From positions 1,116,001 to 1,180,000 of the forward strand of contig CAVNZM010000008.1 in NCBI GenBank assembly GCA_963693365.1: a DNA stretch of 64,000 nt, written 5' to 3'. Position numbers and translations under genes: made by a program. Position 1 is the stretch's first letter. Every line of letters begins with the position of its first letter. This document shows positions 26,951 through 38,822 of the stretch, piece by piece. The notes under the pieces were generated by a model, which saw nothing but the letters and a program-made list of their open reading frames with translations, was not told the DNA's origin and did not search any database. This DNA is from Amoebidium appalachense. Its lineage: Eukaryota; Protista; Ichthyosporea.

Positions 26951-28375
26951 TTAGACCAACACCCTCCCCCTTGCCTGCACATTCTCACACCCGGGGTGAC
27001 CCTCCTTCCTCTTGGGGGTCGGGGGAGTGGGACCGGTGCTGTCCCGGTCCCCCCCCCCATCGTGTCGGGTGACATTTTGGTGGCTAACGTTAAATAAAGT
27101 TGTTCCCCCTCCTCCTGAGTCACCCTTCGAGCCGGCATCCTCCTTTTGGGTAATAAGAGAGACCTCTATACTACCAATCTCATTAGTGAAACTACCGACG
27201 GAAACACCTGACCTAATCACTATAGGCTCGATGCCCGGATTCACTAATTCTATTTCTATTGTCTTATCCGGCCATACCCTACTAAGGGTCCATTGGGCCA
27301 CCTCCTGAAATGGGGTTTTCGGAGTAAAAACCCCTAAATCCCCTATCCTAACATGATTGCCGGCCCGGACACGTACCGTTTGGCACTGATAAGGCTCGAT
27401 TACTACTTCAGCTACCGTTCTAGCACCAGACTGATAACCGTCGAGCCCATCATGGGTTTTAATTTTAACGCCGGACTGCAATTCTAAAACATTCGTACGT
27501 TCAAACAAAGCATTCACATGTCTACGGAAAAATGGGGCTCCCAACAAAACACTTTGAGCTAAATCCTTAACCACATAACAAGCAATATGCATAGCCTGGC
27601 CACCTATCTCACACGGCAACACACAAACACCTTCCACAGACATACTACTATTATTAGCACTACCTAAGGCTGTGCTAGAAGCATCTAATATAGGAATTTC
27701 CCCCCCGGCCTGATTAAAACGACGAATAAACGAAGCATGCACACAATTAACCTGAGCCCCTCCATCGAGCAAAGCAACAGCCTTCAACTTACCATCAGCT
27801 AACCATACGTCTATATAATGCCGGCTAAAACCAACTAAATCCTCCTCCAATTCAAGCAACACATCATCACTCACTCCCAATCCCTGCCCACGAAGACTCA
27901 CACCCTCGATACCTACGTGCAACATACCTACCTGTGGTGCCTGCACGGGTGGGGTGGGGTGTGTATGTGATGTGGGTGGTGGTGGAGTGTGTGTGTGTGA
28001 TGTGTGGGTGGGTGGTGTGTGTGTGTGTGGTGTATGTGTGGGTGTGTGTGTGGGTGTAGGTGTGTCTGCAACCGTCGTATGTTGTTGTGGTGGTGTGTTT
28101 CTATGTGTCTGTGCCTTCCCCCCCCTTCCCCCTTTACTCGTGTGTGTCCCCCCCCCTCCCGGAAACAATGGCACAGAAACCCCCTCCGGTGTGGTTAGAA
28201 CAAACACCGGGTTGGGACAAGAAACACTGAGACCATCCACTTGTGGCTGGGGAACCTCCCCCAACCACAAAACATTCACACCATTCATACCTTTGGTAGA
28301 GTCACCCCACAAACATTCATGCCATACCACCTCGACGCTGTCTTGAGGACCCACGACGATGCCCGGCTCCCACAC
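26951..28375 (-). CDS. pol: Gypsy aspartic protease followed by a degenerate dUTPase-like beta region
   Basis: ALLDGGAQVNC and VLLGAPF for the protease, followed by VVIEPYQCQTV...IELVNPGIEPIVIRSGVSVG. Confidence 0.8.
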   Translation of the reverse strand: MWEPGIVVGPQDSVEVVWHECLWGDSTKGMNGVNVLWLGEVPQPQVDGLSVSCPNPVFVLTTPEGVSVPLFPGGGGTHTSKGGRGGKAQTHRNTPPQQHTTVADTPTPTHTPTHTPHTHTPPTHTSHTHTPPPPTSHTHPTPPVQAPQVGMLHVGIEGVSLRGQGLGVSDDVLLELEEDLVGFSRHYIDVWLADGKLKAVALLDGGAQVNCVHASFIRRFNQAGGEIPILDASSTALGSANNSSMSVEGVCVLPCEIGGQAMHIACYVVKDLAQSVLLGAPFFRRHVNALFERTNVLELQSGVKIKTHDGLDGYQSGARTVAEVVIEPYQCQTVRVRAGNHVRIGDLGVFTPKTPFQEVAQWTLSRVWPDKTIEIELVNPGIEPIVIRSGVSVGSFTNEIGSIEVSLITQKEDAGSKGDSGGGGTTLFNVSHQNVTRHDGGGDRDSTGPTPPTPKRKEGHPGCENVQARGRVLV

Positions 28376-28509
28376 GTATCGGGGCGGTGAGGGGGCAAAG
28401 GGAAGCTTAACCTGGGGTGGGGGAGGGTGAAGGTTCTCTGCAACCTGGGGGGGACCGATACTGTCCCCCCCCCTCCCTCAGTGACCCCAGCTTCCCCCTC
28501 CCCCGGAAC

Positions 28510-29844
28510 TCAATAGCTCTTGTAACTACGGCAATATGCAGCAGAGTGCCCTTGCCGGCCACAAAAGTAACATGCACCAAAGAAGGGGCCAGGGGGGACT
28601 TCAAAACCTTGGCGCAAAGCATAACCGGGAGCCCGGTCATGCTGGGGGGGCCCACCGTGTGCACCACGGCCCCCCCTTCCCCCCTGCCCCCCTCGGCCTC
28701 TCTCACCACCATTTCCACCCCTCCCTCTACCCTGCCCACCACCACGAGCAAGATAAGGGGCAAACCTCTCGGTGAACTGCTGCTGTTGTCCTCCACGTCC
28801 ACCTCGGCCACGACCGCCGTGTCCACCCCGGTCGCCGCCACGGCCACCTCGGAAGCCGAAGCCCCCTCGGCCAGAAAAGACGGCCTGGGAGAGCTCGGCA
28901 ACCTGCTTGACCAACATGGTGAGTGCATCTGGCTGTTCACCCTCTTTTTTCTCTTTTTCCCCCTTCTGTCCACTCTCCTTCTTTTTCTTGTCTACTTCCA
29001 TCACCTCCTTTTTATCCCTCTTATTGAACTTCACCTCGTGCATGGCAAGCAAGTGACGTTTAACATGCAACACCACCTCATCTACATCATCATGCTCCCC
29101 AAACATGCGTGCAGTGTCTGTGTTTACAGAGAGAGCCTTACGAGCAAACTCGAATTTTTCCCTATCACTCACGTCACCAGCTAACTCACAAAGGTCCTCA
29201 AAGACCCGATATTCCCTCTCAAAGAATGCACGAGCTTCTACGGGGGACATATCTAGTGTGGGAAAGGTATACTTCCATTCTCTGAGCTGGGCCCGGAAGG
29301 TACGGCGCCGGTCGGCCGTCAGGTATCGGCCGACGAGCCGGGCCGTATACTCGAGCTCGTTTTCCGGCCGTGTGAAGGCCTCGAGCTCCCCGTCCACGTC
29401 GTCGGTGCTGTTCTCGTCCTCGTCGTCGGGGATGAACCGTGCGGCCAGACGTTTCTGGCCGAGTGTCCGGGACACCATCTCGTCCCTCCCCTCGTCGTAC
29501 TGCTGCTCGTATATACGAGCCGTCACCTGGGGGGCCTGCTCGGCCCGGTACGGGTGCTCCTCCATCAGGGTGCATAAGTCGGCCATTGTTTTGTGGTCGA
29601 TGCACTGTTTGATCATTAAGCACGAGGCCGCCACAGTGGGGGCCTTCTTTGTGTCTAACACTAGTGTGGGTGTGTTAGCTAGGAGTGTCCTAAGCCACCT
29701 AGGGATTTCCGAGTCGTGTTTGAGTGTAAAACTGAAAGCTGTGGTCTGTCTAACGTCTAGTGTATGAACCTGTGGTACCTGTGTGTGCAGGGAGCTATCC
29801 TCCGCTGCCAATGCGTAGAACATGTCTACGTTAAACTTAGCCAT
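28510..29844 (-). CDS. gag: Gypsy Gag, 444 aa, RGG-rich, with CCHC knuckle
   Basis: ATG just after the 5' leader; CYFCGRQGHSAAYC near the C-terminus. Confidence 0.9.
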   Translation of the reverse strand: MAKFNVDMFYALAAEDSSLHTQVPQVHTLDVRQTTAFSFTLKHDSEIPRWLRTLLANTPTLVLDTKKAPTVAASCLMIKQCIDHKTMADLCTLMEEHPYRAEQAPQVTARIYEQQYDEGRDEMVSRTLGQKRLAARFIPDDEDENSTDDVDGELEAFTRPENELEYTARLVGRYLTADRRRTFRAQLREWKYTFPTLDMSPVEARAFFEREYRVFEDLCELAGDVSDREKFEFARKALSVNTDTARMFGEHDDVDEVVLHVKRHLLAMHEVKFNKRDKKEVMEVDKKKKESGQKGEKEKKEGEQPDALTMLVKQVAELSQAVFSGRGGFGFRGGRGGDRGGHGGRGRGGRGGQQQQFTERFAPYLARGGGQGRGRGGNGGERGRGGQGGRGGRGAHGGPPQHDRAPGYALRQGFEVPPGPFFGACYFCGRQGHSAAYCRSYKSY

Positions 29845-29882
29845 TGTGTGGTGTGTGCCCTAACTCGTGTGGTTGTGTTTAT

Positions 29883-29918
<36 letters not shown>

Positions 29919-30723
29919 TGTGTTTGAGGTGTAGCAACAGCCCAGAAGGAACTGTCACCGCGTTACCCTAGCGCGAAAAACCGCACTAAAAGAAAGGTGT
30001 AGCTTGTCGTATCCTAATGTATGTGTACTAGAGACGCGGCACTCTACTAAGTGTACACACACGAAAAGGAACGAACGTGTACAGAAAAACGGTAAAGTTT
30101 ATTAAGACCAGGCTCCGACGGGCAAACTTAGATCCGTACGGATTGAGTCTAAGTTACGACTGAGGCCATCAAGGCCGTGCCCTACAAGATCATCATCACC
30201 TGGCCCCCTACGATGCCACATTCCATTAACATTCCGATCTACTTTTATCGTGCGCCTGCACGAGCTAAGTCGATCTACTCAACTAATATATTTATCCAAG
30301 TCTCACCCCTCACCCTCCCCCTAGTGGCACCGCAGAGTCTAAATCTACATTTCATACTATCCTCCCCCCCCCCTCCCTCCCCCCCTTTCCTCTACATCTA
30401 AATATATAAATACGTTTGGCAACATATACTATCAAACCTTGCCAATCCTTACAAAAGGGCTTCTGCCCGAACAATGACATTCCTAAGTCCTCCTACGATC
30501 TATCCTACACACTAATTAGAATTCTATTGGACGGCTGTCCCGGCTGACGTGGTCCAATGCCCTGCGCCGGCAGAGGCAAGATGCACGCAGCTGTACAGCT
30601 ATCTTGAGGCCCCGGACTTGATCTTGATGATCTGTGGACCCGGGCCACCCCCCCCCCCCCCCCCCCCCCCCGATCTCGATCGTAGACTTAGGCTAATCTG
30701 CTGAGACGGATTAGTATATGTCA

Positions 30724-33068
30724 CAGTGTGATTGAAGATCATAGCCGATATACATGCCGAGTTTGACGGTGGGGGCCAGCTTGTTCCGTTTAGAGGCTGG
30801 CACGTGAGTGTAGGCAGGGCAACCGAACACTTTGAGCTCGGAGATGTCGGGCTTGACACCGTAGAAAACCTCGAATGGTGTACGACCATTGGCAGTCGTG
30901 GACGGGGTGACGTTGATGATGTAGGCGGCATGTTGGAGGGCCTCAGCCCACAGTTTGGGAGACAGAGACTGATCTTGGACTTGATGGAGGAGGCAACGGA
31001 CAATCTCTTGGAGGAACCGCATACGTCGTTCAACATAGCCGTTCAGTTGAGGGCAGTCCACCGGAGCATAGCTGGCCTTGATGCCCTGGGAGAGGCAAAA
31101 AGCACGGGTATCCTTGGAGGTGAACTCAGAGCCGGAGTCGAAGTGGTAAACACCAACTTTGGAGGGGGCATGGGTGGCAACGAGGTTGGTGTGAGCTGTG
31201 AGAATATCCAGGGTGGTGGTACGGTCGGCCATCGGGTAGATCTTGACGAGGCCAGAGGCACGGCAGACAGTGACGAGAGCAACCTTGGAACCTCCGTACG
31301 ATGTTGTGGTAGGCTCAAAAAAATCCCAATGCCATTCATGACCGGGGATGTTGGAGTGAGGACGGTCACCCCTGAACGGAGCCTTGGTGGTCTTACCCAT
31401 AATGCAGCCATGACAATCAGGAACATCACAGTCGAGGACAGAGGAGGGGAGACCAATAACAAGGTCGTGTTTCACCATGTCCTTGATGCTGGTCATAGCT
31501 CGGTGCCCCAGACGATGGTGCCAGATGGATGGGTTAACACTGGTAGTGGCAGCCAGAGCCACAGGACGAGTGGGTGGTTGAATGGTGTAGTCCTTGAAGT
31601 AATACAGACCGTTGTGTAGACGGAGGTTGACGAGATGACGGCCGGTGAGTCGGTCGAAGAGGAATGACGGAGTGGAGGCATCGTTCAAATCACCCTTGAT
31701 GTATTCGGCAGCAGCTTGGGATGTTGAAATGAGGAAGGCTTGGCCAGACGGGGTGTAGTAGGCTTCAATGGTTAGGGTGGTAGTGCCATGGTCGGTGGTG
31801 GTGTTGATGACGATATGGCCGGTGTGAGTGGCCAAGACGGGGGTGCCATTGAAGGCAGCAACGGGAGTCGGTGTCGGAAGGGGAGTGAGGTCATGGAAGA
31901 ACTCACGGTTGGGGCAAACAGTCATGTTGCACCCGGAATCCCAGGCAGGGTCGGAGGACACGGGGACGGAGCTAGCATTGTATGCCGAGAAAGCAAAGGA
32001 GACAGATTTCTCACTGCCTTGACGGGAACGGTTGTGTCTGGACATACGGCATTTCGGCTCAGGGCAATCGATGATCGTGTGATCAGGCTCGTGGCAGTAG
32101 GAGCATTCTTTCACGGACGGGGTGTTAGAACGAGCCGGGGAATCAGAACGACGGGAACCCGAGAAACGGGAACGACTGGGGGAACGAGACGTGGACCGGA
32201 AGGCAGGCCGGTGGGGGGAACGGGATCGGGTGTGCTGACGGGAGAGACGAGTTCGGAGGTCCGTGCCAGAGGTACGGTCAAGTCGGGTGCGTAAGTCACG
32301 GCGAGGAAGATCACGGGGGGGAGCACTGGCATTTAATGCCATGCTGGACTTGGAGGCACGGTGGGCACGGTTGTTCCGGAGTTGCATCTTGAGGTCTTGA
32401 CGTAACTCGATGCCCTTGACGTGGTTATGGAGGGACTCGAAGTCGGGGAATAGCTTATCACCGAAGTGATAGTCTTCGATAAGACGATTGAACTCAGGGG
32501 TGAGGTCGTCTCTGGTGGTGAGTTCATTGAAGAACTTCTCAGCTAGACGAGTGAAGTGAATGGACTCATCTTGGAGAGACTGGAGCTGGTTCACGATGGT
32601 CTGCAGACGGCTCAGGTAGGTGGTGAATGATTCACCGGGCTGAAGGGCACAGGCATCCCACTGACGGTGAAGGATGCGGATCTGATCGGGTTTGCCTTGG
32701 AGATAGTGTTGACGGAATTTCCACATGGCCCGTTCAGGGTCCATGCCAATACGGTACTGGGCAACGGTGGTGAGGACGGAAGGGTCGATGTTCTGTATCA
32801 TATGGAGCAGGAGGCAATTGCGGGCCTCTTTGAGTTCCGCGGTAGTGCCGTAGCCATAGAAGGGGGGTTCACCGTCAACCGCGACGGTGGTAGGGGGGAC
32901 GTAGTTGTCAGCAAGGACAACATCCACGAGTCGGACACCTTTAGTGCCGGTCATCATGCCGAGAAAAATGATTTCCCATTGAAAATAGGTAGTTTTGCTA
33001 TCGGGACCAGTCTTCCCTTCACCTTTCCACATGGTGATTTTGTTTACGCCAGTTTTGTTTGGATCCAT
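30724..33068 (-). CDS. gag-pol: Copia gag-protease-integrase
   Basis: Likely start MDPNKTG at 33068. CSYCHEPDHTIIDC knuckle, WDSGC protease, WHHRLGH..CHGC, HWD/FDSGSEF/NGYVER. Removing the Gypsy restores GYDLQSHCHRIFN..RDVIFDE. Confidence 0.95.
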
Positions 33069-33130
33069 GATTGAAAAACGAGCGCGAGTTCTAGATGTGT
33101 GTAGGGAGCGTACAAAAGGGCTGCATAACC

Positions 33131-34055
33131 TGTTAACTTCTATAAGTATTTGGGATGTAAGCAGAGACACAGTGGTGCAGTGTGAAAACACCACAGACAC
33201 ACACAACAACAAAACACGGAACGATCGGAGCAGTGTACACAACAGACATCAATGTTTAGACACGACTGTACTGAATTTATTCTGATCTTCGAATAAATAC
33301 CTGAAATTCCTCTAAGTCCAATCCATACATGATTTCCGACCAGTCGGAAATCAGATCCATCTCTAATAGAAACCAATCACTAAGAACCAATTGCTTTCAG
33401 AGAGATCCGGTACGCGGAGGCGTACACGATAGGACACAGACACTAGTTAGGATCAACTCGTGTCATCATCAAGGAAGTTCTAACCTATGACATACTGCAA
33501 AGACTCAGACATATCACACTTAACCTTGATGATTGGTTAAAGCCCGGCAACACATGAAAACTAAAGTGAATTAATGAAGTCTAAACACACATGCTATTCT
33601 AAGTGTAGCCTAAGTGTGTTACCGTCCAATGAACACGTATTAAGTAACACAAATCTACCTAACATATATTAGTAGAAAAGAAATACGATTATACACATGA
33701 AGACAAGGAGAGAAAGAAAAGAAAATAAGGAAGGAGAAAGAGGAAGGAAAAGAGAGCACAGATCAACAAACAAGATAGTAATAGCATAACTATAACCAGA
33801 GATATTTATGTACACACGAACATGTACACGTCTCTCCCTGAGTGGGTGGATCCGTGTACACACATATAAATATTCTAATCGATATTACAATACACGATTA
33901 AAGCCGATACAACACGATTACAAGTATACAAGCATATCGGAGATCGATGCTACACTTTACATAATAGGAGTGTGGCATTTACACTAAGCATATGAACTGA
34001 AACATAACACAAACTGAGAAGATCTTACCATATGTAAATACTACGTATTACAACA
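33131..34055 (-). repeat. Copia 5' LTR
   Basis: Direct repeat of 18942-19866, adjacent to the PBS. Confidence 0.97.
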
Positions 34056-34532
34056 TGTGCCGGAGAGGGAGAGGGAGGGGAAGGGGCGGAGGGTGGGGCG
34101 AGGGACAAGGGGTGGGGGAGCCTCCGAGGCAGGCTCCGGGTCTTTTCCCAAATACACACAGGTGAGCGGGTGTTATCTTTCTCTTCTGACACCAGTATGG
34201 GGACGGGGATGGAATGAGGATTCTGGTTACGTATTTGGAAAAGGGGGTGGGGGGGGGGGGGGGGGGGGAGATAAGGAACACAGTTGTTAAGAGAGGGTGT
34301 ATGTGAGCACAGCTCTATGCCAGCGGCACTTATAATAGATGCTGTCCCTACGTAGCAGCTGCCTGCCAGCCCTATACTGCTGCCATTCTGGGCACAAAGG
34401 GGTACTAACCCCCCCCCCCCCCCCCCCCCTGCAGGCCACCCCCAGTCACTGTGCCGAGCGCTGCACGGACACCAGCAACACATTCCCCACGGCCGGGTTG
34501 GTTCCCCCCCCCACCACCCCACCCCCTCCCCC

Positions 34533-34559
<27 letters not shown>

Positions 34560-34566
<7 letters not shown>

Positions 34567-34686
34567 ATGCTTACTTGTGGTGCACGCCCTTTTTTGCAGA
34601 ATCTGAAGTGTGTTGTCCGTCATGAATGTCTTGAATGTGTACTTCCTTCTCTATAACACATCCTTCCCCCCCCCCCCCCTCCCCCA

Positions 34687-34750
<64 letters not shown>

Positions 34751-34812
34751 ATGCACACTCGTGGTGCATGCTCTTTTTTGCAGAATCTGAAGCGTGTTGT
34801 CCGTCATGAATT
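34560..34812 (+). repeat. Short intronic duplication (~65-bp core x2, each preceded by poly-C and (CA)n)
   Basis: cacaggatgc..ac..gtggtgca.gc..ttttttgcagaatctgaag.gtgttgtccgtcatgaat occurs twice. Confidence 0.8.
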
Positions 34813-34887
34813 ATGTACTTCGTTCTCTATAAGATATCCTACCCCCCCACCCCCCCTCCACACACACACACACACACACACACACCC

Positions 34888-34951
<64 letters not shown>

Positions 34952-35890
34952 TCCTGTATGGTTTACACTCTGCTTTGGATTGTCCGTCTCGAATGTGTAT
35001 ATCATTTTTCGTATCACACTCCATATAAACAACCCCCCCCCCCCCCCCCCCCCGGCAACCCTCCCCGTAAGCCGAATCTTTCTCCCGCAAGTAAATCACC
35101 ACATTGTTACTGCACACGAGCAGTCTCTTTCTCTGACGATGATATACCCACACACCAACCAAAGGCCTTGTTTGGTGAATTCGCATGCTCACATGCACAC
35201 GTGTCACTACCCCACAGACGCTGTTGACTGGGTTGTTATTAATAATGATTCGGACGAATCGGCAGAGGAGAAATCAGAATCGGATGTCGAAATCGACCCT
35301 CCCCTCCCCCAACCATCGCTACCTGGCCCTCCGGTTAAAGGAAACAAACCGGGGGGTAAAGTAATCCAGCCCGCCCTTAAAGGAAACGTTCCCGTGCAGC
35401 TTCTACGATGCTCCCACGGCTGGCTCATCCACCAATGTGTGCTCTGCTTCATCCCGCCCCCGACCCACCCATCAGCCAGTCAAAAGCCCCGGTTTTAGCG
35501 CCAACACCAACCACCCCGCTCCTAACGGCCACCACAACGTCGAAAAAAAGTCTTTCCCGGTTGTCCGACCCATCCCACCATGGCCCCCACCGTCGAATGC
35601 TCAACACCGGCCACACCCGTTCAGCAATTCCAACCGGCACCCAGTCCACGAATCAAACGCGAGGAGCCAACAGCCAATCATACGTGGCCACTGTCCATTG
35701 ACCCGCTGTCAGCCCGACCAATCAAACGCGAGCAATCCGTGCCGCCCAACCAGGTCCACCACCCGTTTTCGGCCACCAACGACCCCCCCACCCCCCCACT
35801 CCTACCAGTCACCCCACAGCAGCCACTAGCAGACACCCACCCAGCACCCCCTGCCCCTCATTTGTCGGATGCTAGGGAGGATCGCCGTGA

Positions 35891-35929
<39 letters not shown>

Positions 35930-36667
35930 CACCGTATTTAAAAATCTCCATATGGGCTATAAACAAATTATGATGAGAACGTTTTCTCGAAACGAAGTTG
36001 TAACTGGTTGTACCTAGCTAGTTATATATGTACAGTACTGTGACAATGCAATCATATATGTAGTTAATTGTTGGGGTCTGGTACCGGTGCCGGCACGTGA
36101 ATATTGGCGGGCCCCCTTACAGCAAGTTTTCCGTGAAGTATGAATGCAAACACGGAAGTTTGCCGTTTTTGTGATGTCCACCCTGTAGGGGGCTATATTA
36201 CTGCTCGCCGGTGTAGTCACAATATTTTTGTGATGTATGACGGTATTCAGAGGACTCGGCATGCCGCCCTCGTGAATAAACAAACTACGACGGGTGGACA
36301 GTTTCTAGTACGGAGCGTGGGGAAAGAAACGAGGCCTCCTTATCTCCCGTATGTAAACATGTCGCAGTGTTGATGCTTTCCTTGAGCCTCGCACGGTCGC
36401 ACCTCCTTGCATCTTTTTCGGCGAGACGTCTTTTTCCCGCGCAATTGCATACCGCATAACGGGTGCAGCCAATCAAGTTCATTGATTTCTAGCTTTCTAT
36501 AGCATTCCGGCTAAGGCTATGGGTTGCGGCTATCATATTTGTCAAACACCGTATGTATTGAATTTCCTTCGTTTCAAACAAACCTACTTTCGGAATCACA
36601 TGTTAGCGTGTTTCCCCCGAGTCCCCCGGGCCCTGTTGTAGCCGGCCTTGTGGCCTTGCACGGCACC

Positions 36668-37079
36668 ATGGCAGCGCTGCAGCACCAATACACCCGGCTT
36701 CCCCCGCCATTCCCCGGTTTGCCCTTTCCGGGCCCACCAGGGGGCAGGCCTGTGCACCCCCGCCCACCCACGGACAACATGCCTGTGCACCCCCCCCCCA
36801 CCCACGAACAACATGCCTGTACACCCCCCACCCACGAACAACATGCCTGTGCACCGCCGCCCACCCACGAACAACATGCCTGTGCGCCGCCGCCCACCCA
36901 CGAACGACAGGCCTGCGCACCAGCCCCCACCCACGGACGACAGGCCTGCGCACCAGCCCCCACCCACGGACGAGGCCGAACGTGACACCAGGGTAGGTTT
37001 TTTTTTGAGGGGGGGGAAGGGAATGGCGGAGGTGGGGAGGGGGGGGGGGGGGGAGGAGAGCTGTCCTTCTCATTCTCCG

Positions 37080-37118
<39 letters not shown>

Positions 37119-38782
37119 CCCGCCCTCCGCACACACCCACACACCCACCCACCACTGTTTAACCATTCTTCCTCGTTTTCCTCCTGTGTACCCCCCTTCG
37201 CCTACCCGCAAACGTTCGCTCCACTATCACCAGCAGTCAGTTTGTGGACCCAAAATAAGGCTTCACAAAGTTCTTACCCAACTTTCCCTCTCCTACCTGT
37301 CTCCGCACCAATGTTTCCTCTTACCGGTTCGTTTCTTTATCGTACCTGCTTGCACCGCCAACTTGTTTGTTTCCTGGCTCATTTTTGCTCTATGGGCTTG
37401 TTCCGCCCTGTTTCGTGTTCCTGTGGGGTTCTCTGTCTAACATCTCTCTCTCTCCCCCTCCCCCCCCCCCCCCCCCCCCCCCCCTCCCCCTTCCCCCCTT
37501 GCTCCCCTCCCCTCTCACCCTACGATCCTTCACCCTACCCCCACTTCGATAAAACTAGACATGCAGACAAGAACCTTCCCACCCCCTTGGCTAGGGCTTT
37601 TCCCATCAACCTTATCTCGACTCTATAAGCCCCACATCTCACTTGAGCCTCCTCCCCCCTTTACTTCCATGCAACCGGGCATGGTTGCTCTGTGTCGTGC
37701 ATCTGTAAGCACATACGCGTTTTTCGCTGCACTGCAATAGTTTGCACACACATCTTCAGCGTTCTGCTCACCTTGCTTGCATAAGCAACCCTGCTCGTCT
37801 TTGATCAAGACGGGTTGACCCACCCAAGTTCAGTTGATGCTGCTGTCTGAGTTGGAGCGTCGTATATACGCGGGCTAAGGGGTCGAAACTCAGACGCAAT
37901 TGATGACTTGGGCCCTCCCTGAGGATGGGCTCTGCTTATGACGCATACTGTGCGCATGGCTGATGTTGCACACTTGAATGTTTGCCTTTGCATGTGTCCT
38001 GCACCATGCTTCTCATCGTGTATGCGTACTTCGTACTGTGTTCCGCATTCAAACCCCCCCTGTCTTCTTTCAGAGGTGTCCTTTCAGGACAGACCACTGT
38101 GTGGAGACATCTTTACTTCCATGCAACCGGGCATGGTTGCTCTGTGTCGTGCATCTGTAAGCACATACGCGTTTTTCGCTGCACTGCATTAGTTTGCACA
38201 CACATCTTCACCGTTCTGCTCACCTTGCTTGCATAAGCAACCCTGCTCGTCTTTGATCAAGACGGGTTGACCCACCCAAGTTCAGTTGATGCTGCTGTCT
38301 GAGTTGGAGCGTCGTATATACGCGGGCTAAGGGGTCGAAACTCAGACGCAATTGATGACTTGGGTCCTCCCTGAGGATGGGCTCTGCTTATGACGCATAC
38401 TGTGCGCATGGCTGATGTTGCACACTTGAATGTTTGCCTTTGCATGTGTCCTGCACCATGCTTCTCATCGTGTATGCGTACTTCGTACTGTGTTCCGCAT
38501 CTCACCCCCCCCCCCCCCCCCCCCCCTCTCCGGCCTGCACACTCCTCCCAAAGCTGAGTAGAACTTTCTGCTCTTCGTATCATGACAGGACTAGTTTGCC
38601 TTACTCTTTTCCCTCCCACTCGTTCCGACTACCTTTTCCCCATATGGTGTCCTTCTCCCTTTCGTTTTCAGCTATGCACATAAGCCCACCCCTCCAACTT
38701 CTCCTCCACTGTCCTTCTTCCCCAGTTTTTTACTCCCCAGAGCTTTAGTAACCACATTCAAGTCCGCCAGTCTCTCTCTCTC

Positions 38783-38822
<40 letters not shown>

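Larger units (their letters stand above)
22362..30723 (-). mobile_element. Ty3/Gypsy chromodomain LTR retrotransposon nested in the Copia pol
   Basis: ~720-bp TG..CA LTRs at 22362-23083 and 30005-30723, differing only in C-run length. 5-bp TSD CAGTG at 22357-61 and 30724-28. Domain order gag-PR-RT-RH-IN-chromo; G-rich PPT next to 23083. Confidence 0.97.
18942..34055 (-). mobile_element. Ty1/Copia LTR retrotransposon containing a nested Gypsy
   Basis: 925-bp TG..CA LTRs at 18942-19866 and 33131-34055, apparently identical. 5-bp TSD TGTGC at 18937-41 and 34056-60. PBS GGTTATGCAGCCC and PPT AAGTGGGGA. Domain order gag-PR-IN-RT-RH. Confidence 0.97.
15162..35885 (+). pseudogene. Paralog A of the Zn-repeat gene; exons 15162-15290, 16825-16974, 17578-17739, 18830-18941 + 34061-34161 (split by Copia), 34435-34496, 35218-~35885
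   Basis: Exon-by-exon similarity to gene 36668-50755. One coding exon is interrupted by a 15-kb LTR nest, the small exon 2 is degenerate (~16600-16637), and homology stops before the Cys/His repeats. Confidence 0.8.

Noticed and set aside
22100-27140. Programmed frameshifts or pseudogenisation in the Copia and Gypsy pol genes
   Set aside because: The breaks coincide with G/C homopolymers and the LTRs are near-identical, so sequencing error is more likely.
20401-33074. Long plus-strand ORFs antisense to the retrotransposon genes
   Set aside because: Shadow ORFs of GC-rich coding sequence with no independent motifs.
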